From positions 77,214 through 141,213 of the forward strand of contig JAEZST010000018.1 in the NCBI GenBank assembly GCA_023443865.1: a stretch of 64,000 bases of DNA. The letters run 5' to 3'. This document shows, piece by piece, positions 53,464-62,659 of this stretch. The notes under the pieces are model-generated. The model saw nothing but the letters and a program-made list of their open reading frames with translations, did not search any database and had not been told where the DNA came from. Every line of letters begins with the position of its first letter. Positions within the stretch are counted from its first letter, which is position 1. The translations under genes were made by a program, and so were the position numbers. This DNA is from Spirochaetota bacterium (GTDB taxonomy: Bacteria > Spirochaetota > Spirochaetia > Treponematales > Treponemataceae).

Positions 53464-54517
53464 ATACGTACTCCGCCGCTTTTTCGAAAACCCTGCCTTC
53501 CGCGAGGGTTCCCGGCATGTCCGGCCCCACGTACAGGCACCTTCCCCCGACCGGCGTCGAGGCGATGGCCCGCGCGAGGAAGGCGCGGTCCGTTTCGGTA
53601 TCGCCGTCCCGCTCGGCCGCCATATCGATTCTCGCCAGGCAATCCAGCACGGTCGGCGCCTTGGCCGAGCCGCTTTTTAAAAACGGCCGGCCGGTACCGG
53701 TACTCGCGAAACCGCATTCCTGCCTCTTTCTCGCCGCGAGGTTCACCAGGGCGGCGGCGGTTTCTATGACCCGTTCCGCCTGGTCCCTCCTGAGCCGCAG
53801 CGGATACCTTCCCGCGGAAAGATCGCAAAAAAGCATGAGCGGGCCGTTGAGGGTATTCAGGTATTCGTTGGTGTAGAGCTTGCCCAGGCGCGCCGTCGCC
53901 TTCCAGTTAATCCGCTTCAGCTCGTCGCCCGGTCGGTAGTCCCGAATCGATCGGCACAGGGTAACGTCCTCGTACCGCAGGTCGCGGGCGGCGATTTCTC
54001 CCTGGGGAACCCCGCGATTGAACCGAAGGTCAACGTCGATCCTGGCCGGAAGCACCAATACCTCCGCGCGGTCGTCGATACGGATATCGAAGGGAAAAAG
54101 GCCCAAAGGATCCCCGCAGCGAAAGCGGAAGGGCCCGATCCCGAAATCGCCCCGCGAACTCCCCGCGATAGTATAGCGGAGCGCTACGGTCGATTCGGGA
54201 GGAAGGGTTAACAGCCACCGCGCGTCGTCGGCGCCCACGGAAAGCATTCCGGGCGTATCGGCGAAAAAACAGGAATAGAGGGGAAGGCGCGAGCGGTTTG
54301 AGGCGAGTATCACGAGCTCAAGCCGGTCATTGCGCGGCACCCGCAGCGAAGAAACCGTGCGCCGGGCGGTAAAGCTCGCCTGGCAGTGCCGGCTGTACGC
54401 CCAGCAAAGCGCGGTAACGGCGAACTCGAACATGCCCAGGGCCCGAAGCGGCCCGTTCGTCGCGAAAAGAAAGCACGCAAGCCCCGCGAAGGCGGCGAAG
54501 CCCCTCATGAAGCCCAT
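53444..54517 (-). CDS. DUF58 domain protein, the MoxR partner.
   Basis: Contains the DUF58 core motif (DYRPGDELKRINWKATARLGKLYTNEY). It overlaps the MoxR stop by 1 nt. Confidence 0.75.
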   Translation of the reverse strand: MGFMRGFAAFAGLACFLFATNGPLRALGMFEFAVTALCWAYSRHCQASFTARRTVSSLRVPRNDRLELVILASNRSRLPLYSCFFADTPGMLSVGADDARWLLTLPPESTVALRYTIAGSSRGDFGIGPFRFRCGDPLGLFPFDIRIDDRAEVLVLPARIDVDLRFNRGVPQGEIAARDLRYEDVTLCRSIRDYRPGDELKRINWKATARLGKLYTNEYLNTLNGPLMLFCDLSAGRYPLRLRRDQAERVIETAAALVNLAARKRQECGFASTGTGRPFLKSGSAKAPTVLDCLARIDMAAERDGDTETDRAFLARAIASTPVGGRCLYVGPDMPGTLAEGRVFEKAAEYVYEYRRR

Positions 54518-55488
54518 CAGCGGTCCCTAAAGGCGGGAATCGGCACCGATACCGCGATCTCCGAGAGAATACTCTCGCTCACGTAGCCCCTGGCCAGGTA
54601 GTCACCCTTAAGAATCAGGCGCTTACGGAACGCCGGAACCAAAAGTTCCTTAACGTCTTCCGGGGTGGCGTAGGTCCTGCCGCGGATCGCGGCCAGGGCT
54701 TGCGCCGCCTTATAGAGGGCTATCGAGCCGCGGGGCGAAACGCCCACGGCGACCCGGGAATCGGCGCGGGTCGCGGCGACAAGTGCCAAAAGGTAGTCCC
54801 TGACCGACGGCTCAACGTGTACCGAAACCACCGCCCCGGCGCAAGCGAGCACGTCGGCCGCCGAGGCAACGGCGCGAACGTCGTTCACCGGATGGTCCGA
54901 GCGCCGCTGCGCCTCGATTATGTCGGCCTCTTCCTCCCGGCTCGGATAGCCCGGCGTCAGCGACAGCATAAACCGGTCCTTCTGCGCCTCGGGCAACGGA
55001 AAGGTCCCTTCCGATTCAACGGGATTTTCGGTAGCTATCAGGAAAAAGGGGGCGGGTAGGGGAAAAAGCCTTCCGTCGGCGCTCACCTGGGCCTCGGCCA
55101 TGGCCTCCAAAAAGGCCGATTGGGTGCGGGGCGTGGCCCGGTTCAATTCGTCCACCAGCACCACCGACGCGTGAATCGGCCCCTTGCGGAACCGGAACGT
55201 TTGGGTCTTGGGCGAAAAAACCGCGGTGCCCGTCACGTCGGCGGGCATGAGGTCGGGCGTGCACTGTACCCGGGCGAAGGGCAGGTCCACGCTTTTCGCC
55301 AACGCCTTGGCAAGCACGGTTTTTCCCGTCCCCGGAACGTCCTCGATAAGCACGTGGCCGCCCGCGAACAGGGTTACCAAAAGATGCTCAAGGGTTTCCC
55401 TCTTGCCCTTAAATACCGACCCGACGGAATCGAGAATTGCCGCGGCCACTTCGCCTACCCGGGCGATTTCGGAAGATGCTTCGCTCAT
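54517..55488 (-). CDS. MoxR-family AAA+ ATPase.
   Basis: Walker A in GHVLIEDVPGTGKTVLAKALAKS, Walker B VLVDELNRATP, MoxR-typical length (323 aa) and C-terminal lid. Confidence 0.9.
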   Translation of the reverse strand: MSEASSEIARVGEVAAAILDSVGSVFKGKRETLEHLLVTLFAGGHVLIEDVPGTGKTVLAKALAKSVDLPFARVQCTPDLMPADVTGTAVFSPKTQTFRFRKGPIHASVVLVDELNRATPRTQSAFLEAMAEAQVSADGRLFPLPAPFFLIATENPVESEGTFPLPEAQKDRFMLSLTPGYPSREEEADIIEAQRRSDHPVNDVRAVASAADVLACAGAVVSVHVEPSVRDYLLALVAATRADSRVAVGVSPRGSIALYKAAQALAAIRGRTYATPEDVKELLVPAFRKRLILKGDYLARGYVSESILSEIAVSVPIPAFRDR

Positions 55489-55538
55489 GGGAGCAGTATA
55501 GCATAAAAAACGCCAGTCGCGGGGAATCGGCTTATCCC

Positions 55539-55589
55539 GTAAAGTAAGCTTGACATCTAATCCGACGTAAAGTATATTAGACGTAAAGC
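55539..55589. promoter_or_regulatory. Three copies of the CGTAAAG half-site (two as GACGTAAAG direct repeats 20 bp apart) plus an inverted CTTTAC, in the MoxR/XRE divergent intergenic region. Candidate operator of the adjacent XRE regulator.
   Basis: Read directly: CCGTAAAGTAAGC, GACGTAAAGTATAT, GACGTAAAGCTAGCTTTACAAAG. They lie 45-95 bp upstream of the XRE GTG start at 55633. Confidence 0.35.
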
Positions 55590-55632
55590 TAGCTTTACAA
55601 AGAAATCAAACCGAAAGGAGGTCGCACACCCC

Positions 55633-55860
55633 GTGAACAACGAAATCAAGGCCCTGCGGGAAGCGCGCGGCATTACCCAGGAAGACCTGGCCGAACGCCT
55701 ATCCGTTTCCCGGCAGACGGTTATTTCCCTGGAAAAGGGCCGGTATGACCCGTCCCTGCCCCTGGCTTTCGCGATCGCCCGCCTTTTTGGCACGACGATC
55801 GAGAAAGTATTCCATTACGGCGAACCGGAGCCCCATAAACCGGAAGGAGAAAGAAAATGA
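55633..55860 (+). CDS. XRE-family HTH transcriptional regulator (75 aa).
   Basis: LREARGITQEDLAERLSVSRQTVISLEKGRYDPSLPLAFAIARLFG. GTG start with AAAGGAGG 11 nt upstream. The stop overlaps the next gene (ATGA). Confidence 0.75.
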   Translation: MNNEIKALREARGITQEDLAERLSVSRQTVISLEKGRYDPSLPLAFAIARLFGTTIEKVFHYGEPEPHKPEGERK

Positions 55861-56264
55861 AGAAAAAATTGGCGAAGGATATTTTGATTCTGGTAAACGA
55901 GTGTATCGCCGGCCTGGTTCTATTGGCGCTGGTCATCGTGCTCAAGCCCGGAGCCGACTTTACACGGGGCCTCTTTATCGGCTTCGGCTCCGTCCTGATC
56001 GCGATAATCGCGTTGATCGTCGTCCGGCGGATCGCGGGCGGCAGGCGCTTCGGCGAAGTGGACGAGCGGGAAGCGAGGCTCGCCGGAAAGGCCGCCGGTA
56101 TCGCTATCTTCGTTACCGTAATCGGCCTTGCGCTCTTCGTCATATTGGCCGCGTCGCTTCCGGCCGTCCGGGCCGTCAGCTCGACCGCGCTCGCGGTGAC
56201 CGTCGTCCTGGTTCTCGTCGGCGTGTATCAGATCGGCGCGGCTATACTGAAGCGATTGGCTTAA
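55857..56264 (+). CDS. Small integral membrane protein (DUF2178-like partner of XRE regulators).
   Basis: 135 aa with four predicted transmembrane helices. Translationally coupled to the XRE gene. Confidence 0.5.
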   Translation: MKKKLAKDILILVNECIAGLVLLALVIVLKPGADFTRGLFIGFGSVLIAIIALIVVRRIAGGRRFGEVDEREARLAGKAAGIAIFVTVIGLALFVILAASLPAVRAVSSTALAVTVVLVLVGVYQIGAAILKRLA

Positions 56265-57075
56265 AGTCCTCGACCGGGGCTTCCTGGTCCGGCCGCCCGG
56301 GCGTGGCCGGATCGCGCGGCTCCTGCCGCTCCGGGAACCGTACCCTGCTGTTTTCCAGCCGGTATTGCAGTTCGCGGTAGTCGGTCACGCCCAAGGCCTC
56401 GTACACCACCAAAAATTCCTTCTTGATCACCGAATCGGAAACGCAGAGCCCTTCCGCCACGTCGCGGATCCGCTTGCCCTCAAGGCAACCCCGGACGCAC
56501 GCGAGCTGCCGGTCGGTCAGTCCGCCCTTGGCCAGGTCGAGCACGGGCTTTTCCTGATAGAGGTTTCTCAGCGTGTCGTGAAACAGATACAGAAAGGCGA
56601 ACACGATGGCGCTGGCCAACGCGATATTCACCACCGAAATGGTAAACCGCTGCAGGCTGAACGTCCATAATTGCGAAAGGGTAACCGCCGCCAGAATCGT
56701 AAGCAGCAGCAAAATTTTCAGCGCGCGGTTAGACCGGAAAAAGCCGTCTTTCAGGAGAATCCCCAGGCCGAACACGTAAAAAAGGAAACCGAGAATATGG
56801 CCCCCGTAATAAATGTTGATCACGCATTGCGCGATCCCGATAAACGCGAGAATGCCCGTCCGGTTCGGCTTCGCGAAAAGGACCGCGAGGAGCGCGATCG
56901 TAATGGAATCCGTTACGTGCTTCACCGTGTTCGCGTGCATGACGTTCGTCAGCTCAAGGGTCAGTATCGCGATATCCAACGCCAGGCCGATCAAGGCGAT
57001 AATCCGGATCTTCACGTGAAAGGAATCCTTTCCTAAAAGGCTAAACTCTTTTCGGGCAACGGATTCATTCGCCAT
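56242..57075 (-). CDS. Membrane-anchored LuxR-family regulator (N-terminal multi-transmembrane domain, C-terminal LuxR-type HTH).
   Basis: About 6 hydrophobic helices, then GLTDRQLACVRGCLEGKRIRDVAEGLCVSDSVIKKEFLVVYEALGV. Confidence 0.6.
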   Translation of the reverse strand: MANESVARKEFSLLGKDSFHVKIRIIALIGLALDIAILTLELTNVMHANTVKHVTDSITIALLAVLFAKPNRTGILAFIGIAQCVINIYYGGHILGFLFYVFGLGILLKDGFFRSNRALKILLLLTILAAVTLSQLWTFSLQRFTISVVNIALASAIVFAFLYLFHDTLRNLYQEKPVLDLAKGGLTDRQLACVRGCLEGKRIRDVAEGLCVSDSVIKKEFLVVYEALGVTDYRELQYRLENSRVRFPERQEPRDPATPGRPDQEAPVEDFKPIASV

Positions 57076-57265
57076 AAAACCACTGTACCCCGCCTTATCG
57101 ACAAAGGCAAGCGGTGATTTTCTTTACGCGCTTTTTTTATCATTATGGGGGGGAAGGCCTTCCCCCTGGCCCGGGCCTCCTCGCTCCGCGGTCGCGCCGG
57201 GCGCTCCCCCGTCCCTGCGGGGTCCCGGTCCGCCCCCTTCTCCGCCAAGAATCCCGCCTTCGGCG

Positions 57266-58183
57266 GTGCTATCATTACTATCCATGAGAGAAACCGGAAA
57301 AGATACGCCGCCCCGCCGCGGTGAACGCTCCGCCGGCGCGGCCGCGCCCGGATTATCCGCCGTCGCCTTCCTCGCCCTCGCCCTATGCGCCTGTTCCCTT
57401 TCTACCGCGCGACCTCCTGCCCCGTACGCCCTGAACGAGGCGGTGAACGAAACCCTCAATCCCGAGGAGACCTTCACCGTCGCCGATTCGGGCGAAACCT
57501 TCACGGTCGGCGGCGTATCCGTTACGGGCCCCTGGGGCTACGCGCGGGCCGCGAACGCGAACCGCCTGTATCCGCTATTGGTATCCGGCTTCTGGGGCGA
57601 CGGGAAAAACCAATATACCGCCTCCGTAAATTCCTTCAATAAGCGGTATCCCGCCTTCGTCCTGGACTGGCAAAAGGACGGCGTAGGCGACGGCGAAGCC
57701 CTCGCGGACTGGATCGACCTCGCCGTTTCGTCCGGCTATCGCGTCGATCCTTCCCGCGTTTACCTGACCGGCTTTTCCCGTGGCGGTTCGGGCAGTTTTC
57801 CCCTGGCGAGGGGCATGGGCAATAAGGGGAAATATTTCGCCGCCATACTCCGCGTGGCCGGTCAAAGCCAATCTGACCTGGGCGACGGCATCGCGGCGAA
57901 AACCGCGCTGTGGTACCACGTCGGATTGAACGACGAACCCGCGCGCGTAAGCGTGGCCCGCGCCGCCCTCGCGAATTTCCGCGCGTACCCTTCGTACGCG
58001 AACGCGGTCGAAGCGTCCGTCGCCGACGAAACCTGCGGCGTTCCCCGGTCCACCGTAACCCTCAGCAGGGCGGGGGAGCCGACCTTCCGCTACAGCGAAT
58101 ATACGGGGATGGGCCATGAATCCGGGACCTGCTACCGCGATAGGGAGCTCTTCGTATGGCTCTTCAACCGACGCCTGCGCTGA
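57266..58183 (+). CDS. Secreted or lipoprotein alpha/beta-hydrolase (esterase/depolymerase-like).
   Basis: Signal peptide with Cys (LALALCACSL). Nucleophile-elbow-like GFSRGGSGS. Overall esterase-like size. Confidence 0.45.
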   Translation: MLSLLSMRETGKDTPPRRGERSAGAAAPGLSAVAFLALALCACSLSTARPPAPYALNEAVNETLNPEETFTVADSGETFTVGGVSVTGPWGYARAANANRLYPLLVSGFWGDGKNQYTASVNSFNKRYPAFVLDWQKDGVGDGEALADWIDLAVSSGYRVDPSRVYLTGFSRGGSGSFPLARGMGNKGKYFAAILRVAGQSQSDLGDGIAAKTALWYHVGLNDEPARVSVARAALANFRAYPSYANAVEASVADETCGVPRSTVTLSRAGEPTFRYSEYTGMGHESGTCYRDRELFVWLFNRRLR

Positions 58184-58257
58184 CGGCCCCGTATCCGGGA
58201 GTCCCCTCGCGGCCTTCGCCGGCCTTATCTGAACCGCGGAAGGCTTCCCGCCCGCCG

Positions 58258-58914
58258 TCACGCGGCGAACAGTTCCTCCACGGCGTGCATGAGAACCGGC
58301 TCCACCTCGATGGAGGAAACCCGTTTCCCGCCTTCGGCGCCGGCTTTCTCCAAGTCCCTGACGGCCCCGACGATGAACCGAACCGCCGTATCGCGGGGGA
58401 TCAGCCGGGTATCCACGGCGAGGTTGAAATCCTGCACTCGGTCCCGGTGGCTCCCGTACGCCGACTCGATGAATCGCTCCCGCTTCGCGTCGCTTTCCCG
58501 TACCGCGCTTTTCGCCTTGTCCCTGTCTTCAAGGCCCAACTCGTCCATAACCCGCGCGACCCGGAAATCGAACGGCGCCTGCACGCGAACGTTGATTACG
58601 TCCGCGAACCCCGCGAGCACGAGATAGCTGCCCCGTCCGACGATCACCACCCTGTCGCGGCGCGCGAGGGCGAGTATCGTCCGGTTCATCATGCCTATGG
58701 TGATCTTCCGCTGTTCCATCATTTGCGTATCGAGCGCTTCCCAGAACGCGGGCGCGCTTTCGTATACCTTCTGAAACCCCACGAGTCCGTATTGGGCGAG
58801 CAGTTCGCCGATCGTCTTCTTGTCCGCGAACGCGTATCCAGTTTCCTCCGCGACCCTCTTCGCGATTTCCGTCCCCCCGCTGCCGAATTCCTGCGAAAAC
58901 GTAAGTACTGCCAT
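58258..58914 (-). CDS. Cytidylate kinase-like family protein (P-loop NTPase).
   Basis: N-terminal SQEFGSGGTEIAKRVAE P-loop-like segment and the overall pattern of the cytidylate-kinase-like family. Confidence 0.55.
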   Translation of the reverse strand: MAVLTFSQEFGSGGTEIAKRVAEETGYAFADKKTIGELLAQYGLVGFQKVYESAPAFWEALDTQMMEQRKITIGMMNRTILALARRDRVVIVGRGSYLVLAGFADVINVRVQAPFDFRVARVMDELGLEDRDKAKSAVRESDAKRERFIESAYGSHRDRVQDFNLAVDTRLIPRDTAVRFIVGAVRDLEKAGAEGGKRVSSIEVEPVLMHAVEELFAA

Positions 58915-59026
58915 GTTTCGCCTCCTTCATATCAGCCTCTCCTTCAAGCGTAGGACCGGAAAAAACCGCTGTCAAATCGGGAGTCGGGCGGGAAGGTACA
59001 CGCGCGGTAAAAAAAAAGGCGCGCGC

Positions 59027-61423
59027 TTAGGTGAAAATTCTCGCCTCTATTTTCGGCGCGTAGGGGATCAGTACCGCGCGGTCGTCCACGGCCCGCTCCT
59101 CGCCGTTCACGACCGCCCGGGCGATCTTGACCGGCATATTTATTTCGATCGAATCGGGGGGCGAGGGGAAATCCGATTCCATGGCGAAAAGGAGGCTCTC
59201 GGCCTCGCTGGTCAGCGTGAAACTGAGCGTCCCGAAATGGCTTGGCGCGTTCTCGGCGGCTATCACGTTGCCGATATCGAGCCACCGCTGGGGAATGACC
59301 GGGAAGAAGGAAAGGCGGCCGTCGCGTTCCATGAAAAGGAGGTTTCGTATCAGGTGCACGAGCTCGGAGCTTGCCCATCCGTGGTGACCGTCGCCCATGC
59401 AGCCGCCGCCCGTTTCGGGGTGAATGGCCTCCGGATACGTCCAGGTACCGGTGGCGTGGTCGAGAATCCAGTCCAGTATGGGCAGGGCCAGCGCCGCTTT
59501 CTGAAGGAGATAGCATTCGGCCATCTGCGCGGTCAGGTACACGTTGTAGCCCGAATGCAGGAGCTTGTGGAAAAAGGCGCCCGATCCCATATACTGCTTG
59601 CGGATCAGGCGCAGCGTCGCCCTCATGTCTTCCCGGTCCGGCTTGAATATCTGAAGGGGGTACAGCGCCGCCGCCGTTCCGATAAGGCTGCAGTCCTTCC
59701 GCCGATAGGGCGAGGCGGGAAGATAGGCCTCCCCGAGCAGCTCCTGCGTCCGCCGGATCGACCGCTCGATGTCTTCCATGAAAAGCGCGTTTTCCCGCTC
59801 CAGCGCGTCCGCGTTCCTGCCGATCCGTCGCGAAACCTCGATAAGGTCGCGAACGCCGCCGTACGCCCAAAAATCGTCCCAATAATAGTAATTGGACGGC
59901 CCGAAATGTTCCGCCGAATACCCGGGGGGCAAGAGCCCTGCATGGAGATCGCCGTCGTCCTTCCGGTGCTTTTTCCTGGTCTTGAATACCCAGTCTGCGC
60001 CCTTTACCAGGCTTTGGTAATGGGCCTCGATAAAGGCCCGGTCGCGCGTGAACCGGTAATACTGGCAAACGGTCCACAGTACCTGCCCGTTCGAGTCCCA
60101 CTCGCCGTTTTGCGACTCGAAATATCCGTCCGCGGTCTGTTTTTTGAAGTAGTGCTCCAGAATCCGCTTCGCGTCGGCGGTGAAGCCCAATTTTAAAAGG
60201 GCGGTCACCGAATAGGCCGCGTCCCTGAACCACATCTTGTGGTACGTGAAGGGGCCGGGCGTCACCTCCGTCTTGTCCACCAGGATAAGCACGTTGTTGA
60301 GGCTCGCCTCAAAGGCCTCGTTAATTCGGGAATCGGGGGTGCGCACCTTAATCGCCCCTTCCTTTCGCCGGGTCCATACGCCCACCGCGTCGGCTCGAAC
60401 CCGGGAATAGCGCGCCCTCACCACCGGTTCGGGAACCGGTTTTCCGTTGAGGGGAATCACCGCCTTTAACGCGAAGGGCTCGTTCGCCACCACGTCGCGG
60501 GTGAACTCCGCGAAGGCGTTGCAAAGGCCGCTCGGGTCCGCGGCGGAATGCGAATCCCCGGTTCCGTCCCCTTCCGTCCGGTTAACGCGGAAGAAGGAAT
60601 CCCCCGCGTCCTGGTTCGAGCAGACCACCCGGTCGGGCTTCTCGTCGAGGTACACGAAGTCCGTGCCGTTCACGCGAAAGGCGTTCTCACGCGCGAGGTA
60701 CTCGATTGACGTGACGGGAATCACGCTTTCCGGATTGTACGGGCGGATCGCCAGGTAGAAGGACATGCGCGTGGTCACGTTTTCCCAGGGTTCCACGCGG
60801 TAAAAGACCTCCACGTAGGTTTCGCCGTCGGCGTCGTGCATGAGCGCCTCGGAAATAACCTTCACGTTTTTTTTGTAGAACGTGCTTTTCACCACGGGGC
60901 ACCGGTTCACCAATCGCTGGTCCACGGCGTCAAGTCGGGAGGGCACGATCACGGTGCCGTCGCGCTTTACCCAGTAATCCAGCGACCAACCGTCGTACAG
61001 CGGCGTGACCAACCCCCGGGGATCAACGATCGCCTCGCGGTCCGATTGGGGGCTCGAAATGCCCGTCCAGTTCCGGTGGGTCAGGTTTATGGAAAGGTAC
61101 GAGGAGGGAAGAAAGCTCTTGTCCGCCGCGTCGTATTGCTTCTCGGCCCAATAGGGCCACACCCAGTCGTTGTTGGGCTGGATCGCCATAATGTTATAGA
61201 GCGATCGCGATAGCATATCCAGGTTCAGGGCCACGAGCTCGTCGGGAACCTCGAGTCCCTTTCCCTTTCCGAGATTATTCAGGGCCTCGAGCCGCGGCAT
61301 AAAGGAATCCAGCTTATAGTGCCGCGCCACCATTCCCAAAACGTTGTCGATAATATCCATGAGAGCCTCCCGCTTTCGCCACGCCTCGCTAAAAGTGTAA
61401 GCGAGCTTCGGCGGGAATGCCAC
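59027..61423 (-). CDS. Six-hairpin glycosidase superfamily protein (GH15 / GH63 / debranching-enzyme-like).
   Basis: 798 aa. An N-terminal beta-rich domain is followed by an (alpha/alpha)6-like region with MWFRDAAYS and ...WDDFW... motifs reminiscent of GH15-type catalytic domains. The family is not firmly assigned. Confidence 0.5.
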   Translation of the reverse strand: MAFPPKLAYTFSEAWRKREALMDIIDNVLGMVARHYKLDSFMPRLEALNNLGKGKGLEVPDELVALNLDMLSRSLYNIMAIQPNNDWVWPYWAEKQYDAADKSFLPSSYLSINLTHRNWTGISSPQSDREAIVDPRGLVTPLYDGWSLDYWVKRDGTVIVPSRLDAVDQRLVNRCPVVKSTFYKKNVKVISEALMHDADGETYVEVFYRVEPWENVTTRMSFYLAIRPYNPESVIPVTSIEYLARENAFRVNGTDFVYLDEKPDRVVCSNQDAGDSFFRVNRTEGDGTGDSHSAADPSGLCNAFAEFTRDVVANEPFALKAVIPLNGKPVPEPVVRARYSRVRADAVGVWTRRKEGAIKVRTPDSRINEAFEASLNNVLILVDKTEVTPGPFTYHKMWFRDAAYSVTALLKLGFTADAKRILEHYFKKQTADGYFESQNGEWDSNGQVLWTVCQYYRFTRDRAFIEAHYQSLVKGADWVFKTRKKHRKDDGDLHAGLLPPGYSAEHFGPSNYYYWDDFWAYGGVRDLIEVSRRIGRNADALERENALFMEDIERSIRRTQELLGEAYLPASPYRRKDCSLIGTAAALYPLQIFKPDREDMRATLRLIRKQYMGSGAFFHKLLHSGYNVYLTAQMAECYLLQKAALALPILDWILDHATGTWTYPEAIHPETGGGCMGDGHHGWASSELVHLIRNLLFMERDGRLSFFPVIPQRWLDIGNVIAAENAPSHFGTLSFTLTSEAESLLFAMESDFPSPPDSIEINMPVKIARAVVNGEERAVDDRAVLIPYAPKIEARIFT

Positions 61424-61555
61424 GAATGAATTTGCCCGGCCGCGGCTCCCGAGGCAGAAAGTAGTATTGTCGCTCGATTATGCGGAGGAAGCCAATTTCT
61501 TTTTACTATTCATAGAACCTATAAGATGCCGGTTACGGCTTAACGAATCCCGGTT

Positions 61556-61577
61556 ATTTACGGTATTGTACCGTAAT
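61556..61577. promoter_or_regulatory. Inverted repeat TTACGGTA-TTG-TACCGTAA immediately upstream of the 61576 ORF start, at the left edge of the low-GC segment.
   Basis: Read directly. Confidence 0.3.
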
Positions 61578-61980
61578 GGAATCAATCAAGGCAGAATATG
61601 TTTCCCATTTTGGTTCGGATTTCTTTCCTAAGGCGTTTATCGCGCTTCCTTGCGGCGCGTCATATCTTCAGTTGATTATTGACGATACCGGCACCCCTAT
61701 TGATTATATAACCTTAGACGTAAATCCCGCTTTTTTGCAATTGCTGGAAACCTCAAAAGATAAGGTAATTGCCAGACGCGCGAGCGAGCAACTTTCAACT
61801 ACGGAACTTCGTTACTGGCTAGACATATTCTCCCCCGTGGCGTTAGGGGAAGGAATCACCAGAACGACAATGTATGCCCATTCAAAAATTAGGAAATTCA
61901 ACGTGACCGCAATAAGTCCCCGAAAGGGTTTTTTCTGTTTGTTCTTTTCGGAGGTCACTCCAACGCGACGAAACGCCTAA
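61576..61980 (+). CDS. Hypothetical protein with a PAS-like fold, in the low-GC segment.
   Basis: 134 aa. The segment IDYITLDVNPAFLQLLETSKDKVIARRASEQL resembles a PAS core. Weak assignment. Confidence 0.35.
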   Translation: MESIKAEYVSHFGSDFFPKAFIALPCGASYLQLIIDDTGTPIDYITLDVNPAFLQLLETSKDKVIARRASEQLSTTELRYWLDIFSPVALGEGITRTTMYAHSKIRKFNVTAISPRKGFFCLFFSEVTPTRRNA

Positions 61981-62285
61981 TCTATACCCCATGGGTTTGA
62001 ATAGTCGTTGTACGGCTTCATAAAGAACTCAGTCGATTCGACCTTTAGTACTATAGCGAGTCTTTCAATCGTCTTAGCCGACGGGAATTTTTCTCCCCTT
62101 TCTAGAAGGGCTATATAGTTAGCCGCGACTTCGGCCTTATCGGCTAGCGTAACTTGGGTCATTTGTTCACAGACGCGAATCCGCCGTAAATTTTTCCCAA
62201 ATACGATTTTGATATTTTCAATAACCATGGCTATAAGAATATGTCCTATTCGCTGCGGCGACAATCGCTTTTTGTTATTATGCAT
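61977..62285 (-). CDS. XRE-family HTH regulator (102 aa), in the low-GC segment.
   Basis: HTH (MTQVTLADKAEVAANYIALLERGEKFPSAKTIERLAIVL). The upstream region (62311..62325) carries the ATAACTATAACCAAT motif shared with the metE operator. Confidence 0.6.
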   Translation of the reverse strand: MHNNKKRLSPQRIGHILIAMVIENIKIVFGKNLRRIRVCEQMTQVTLADKAEVAANYIALLERGEKFPSAKTIERLAIVLKVESTEFFMKPYNDYSNPWGID

Positions 62286-62659
62286 ACGTTTCCTCGTAAG
62301 AATTCATTCTATAACTATAACCAATCGAATTTGACATATAACTAATAGTGATTAATGCTGACAGTATCAATAAAGTTAAAAATATTCTGAGGAGTTCGTA
62401 TGAACGACAACAACGCGGTCCCGTGGTTTCATTCTGTTTCGGTATCTTTCGATCAAGACCCAAAAATTCTAAAAGAGTAATTCGCTAAAGAATTAAATCC
62501 TCACCGGAATCAGTATCGCAACGCGCTCTCAGCGGTAACAGTCACCAACGAAGAAATTCGAATGATTGTTTTTATCCCTATGGAAAACGCTTGAAATAGG
62601 GGCGATCGCATCGTGCATTCGCCTGATCAAGCAAAGATTATTTTTTACGAGGTATACGC

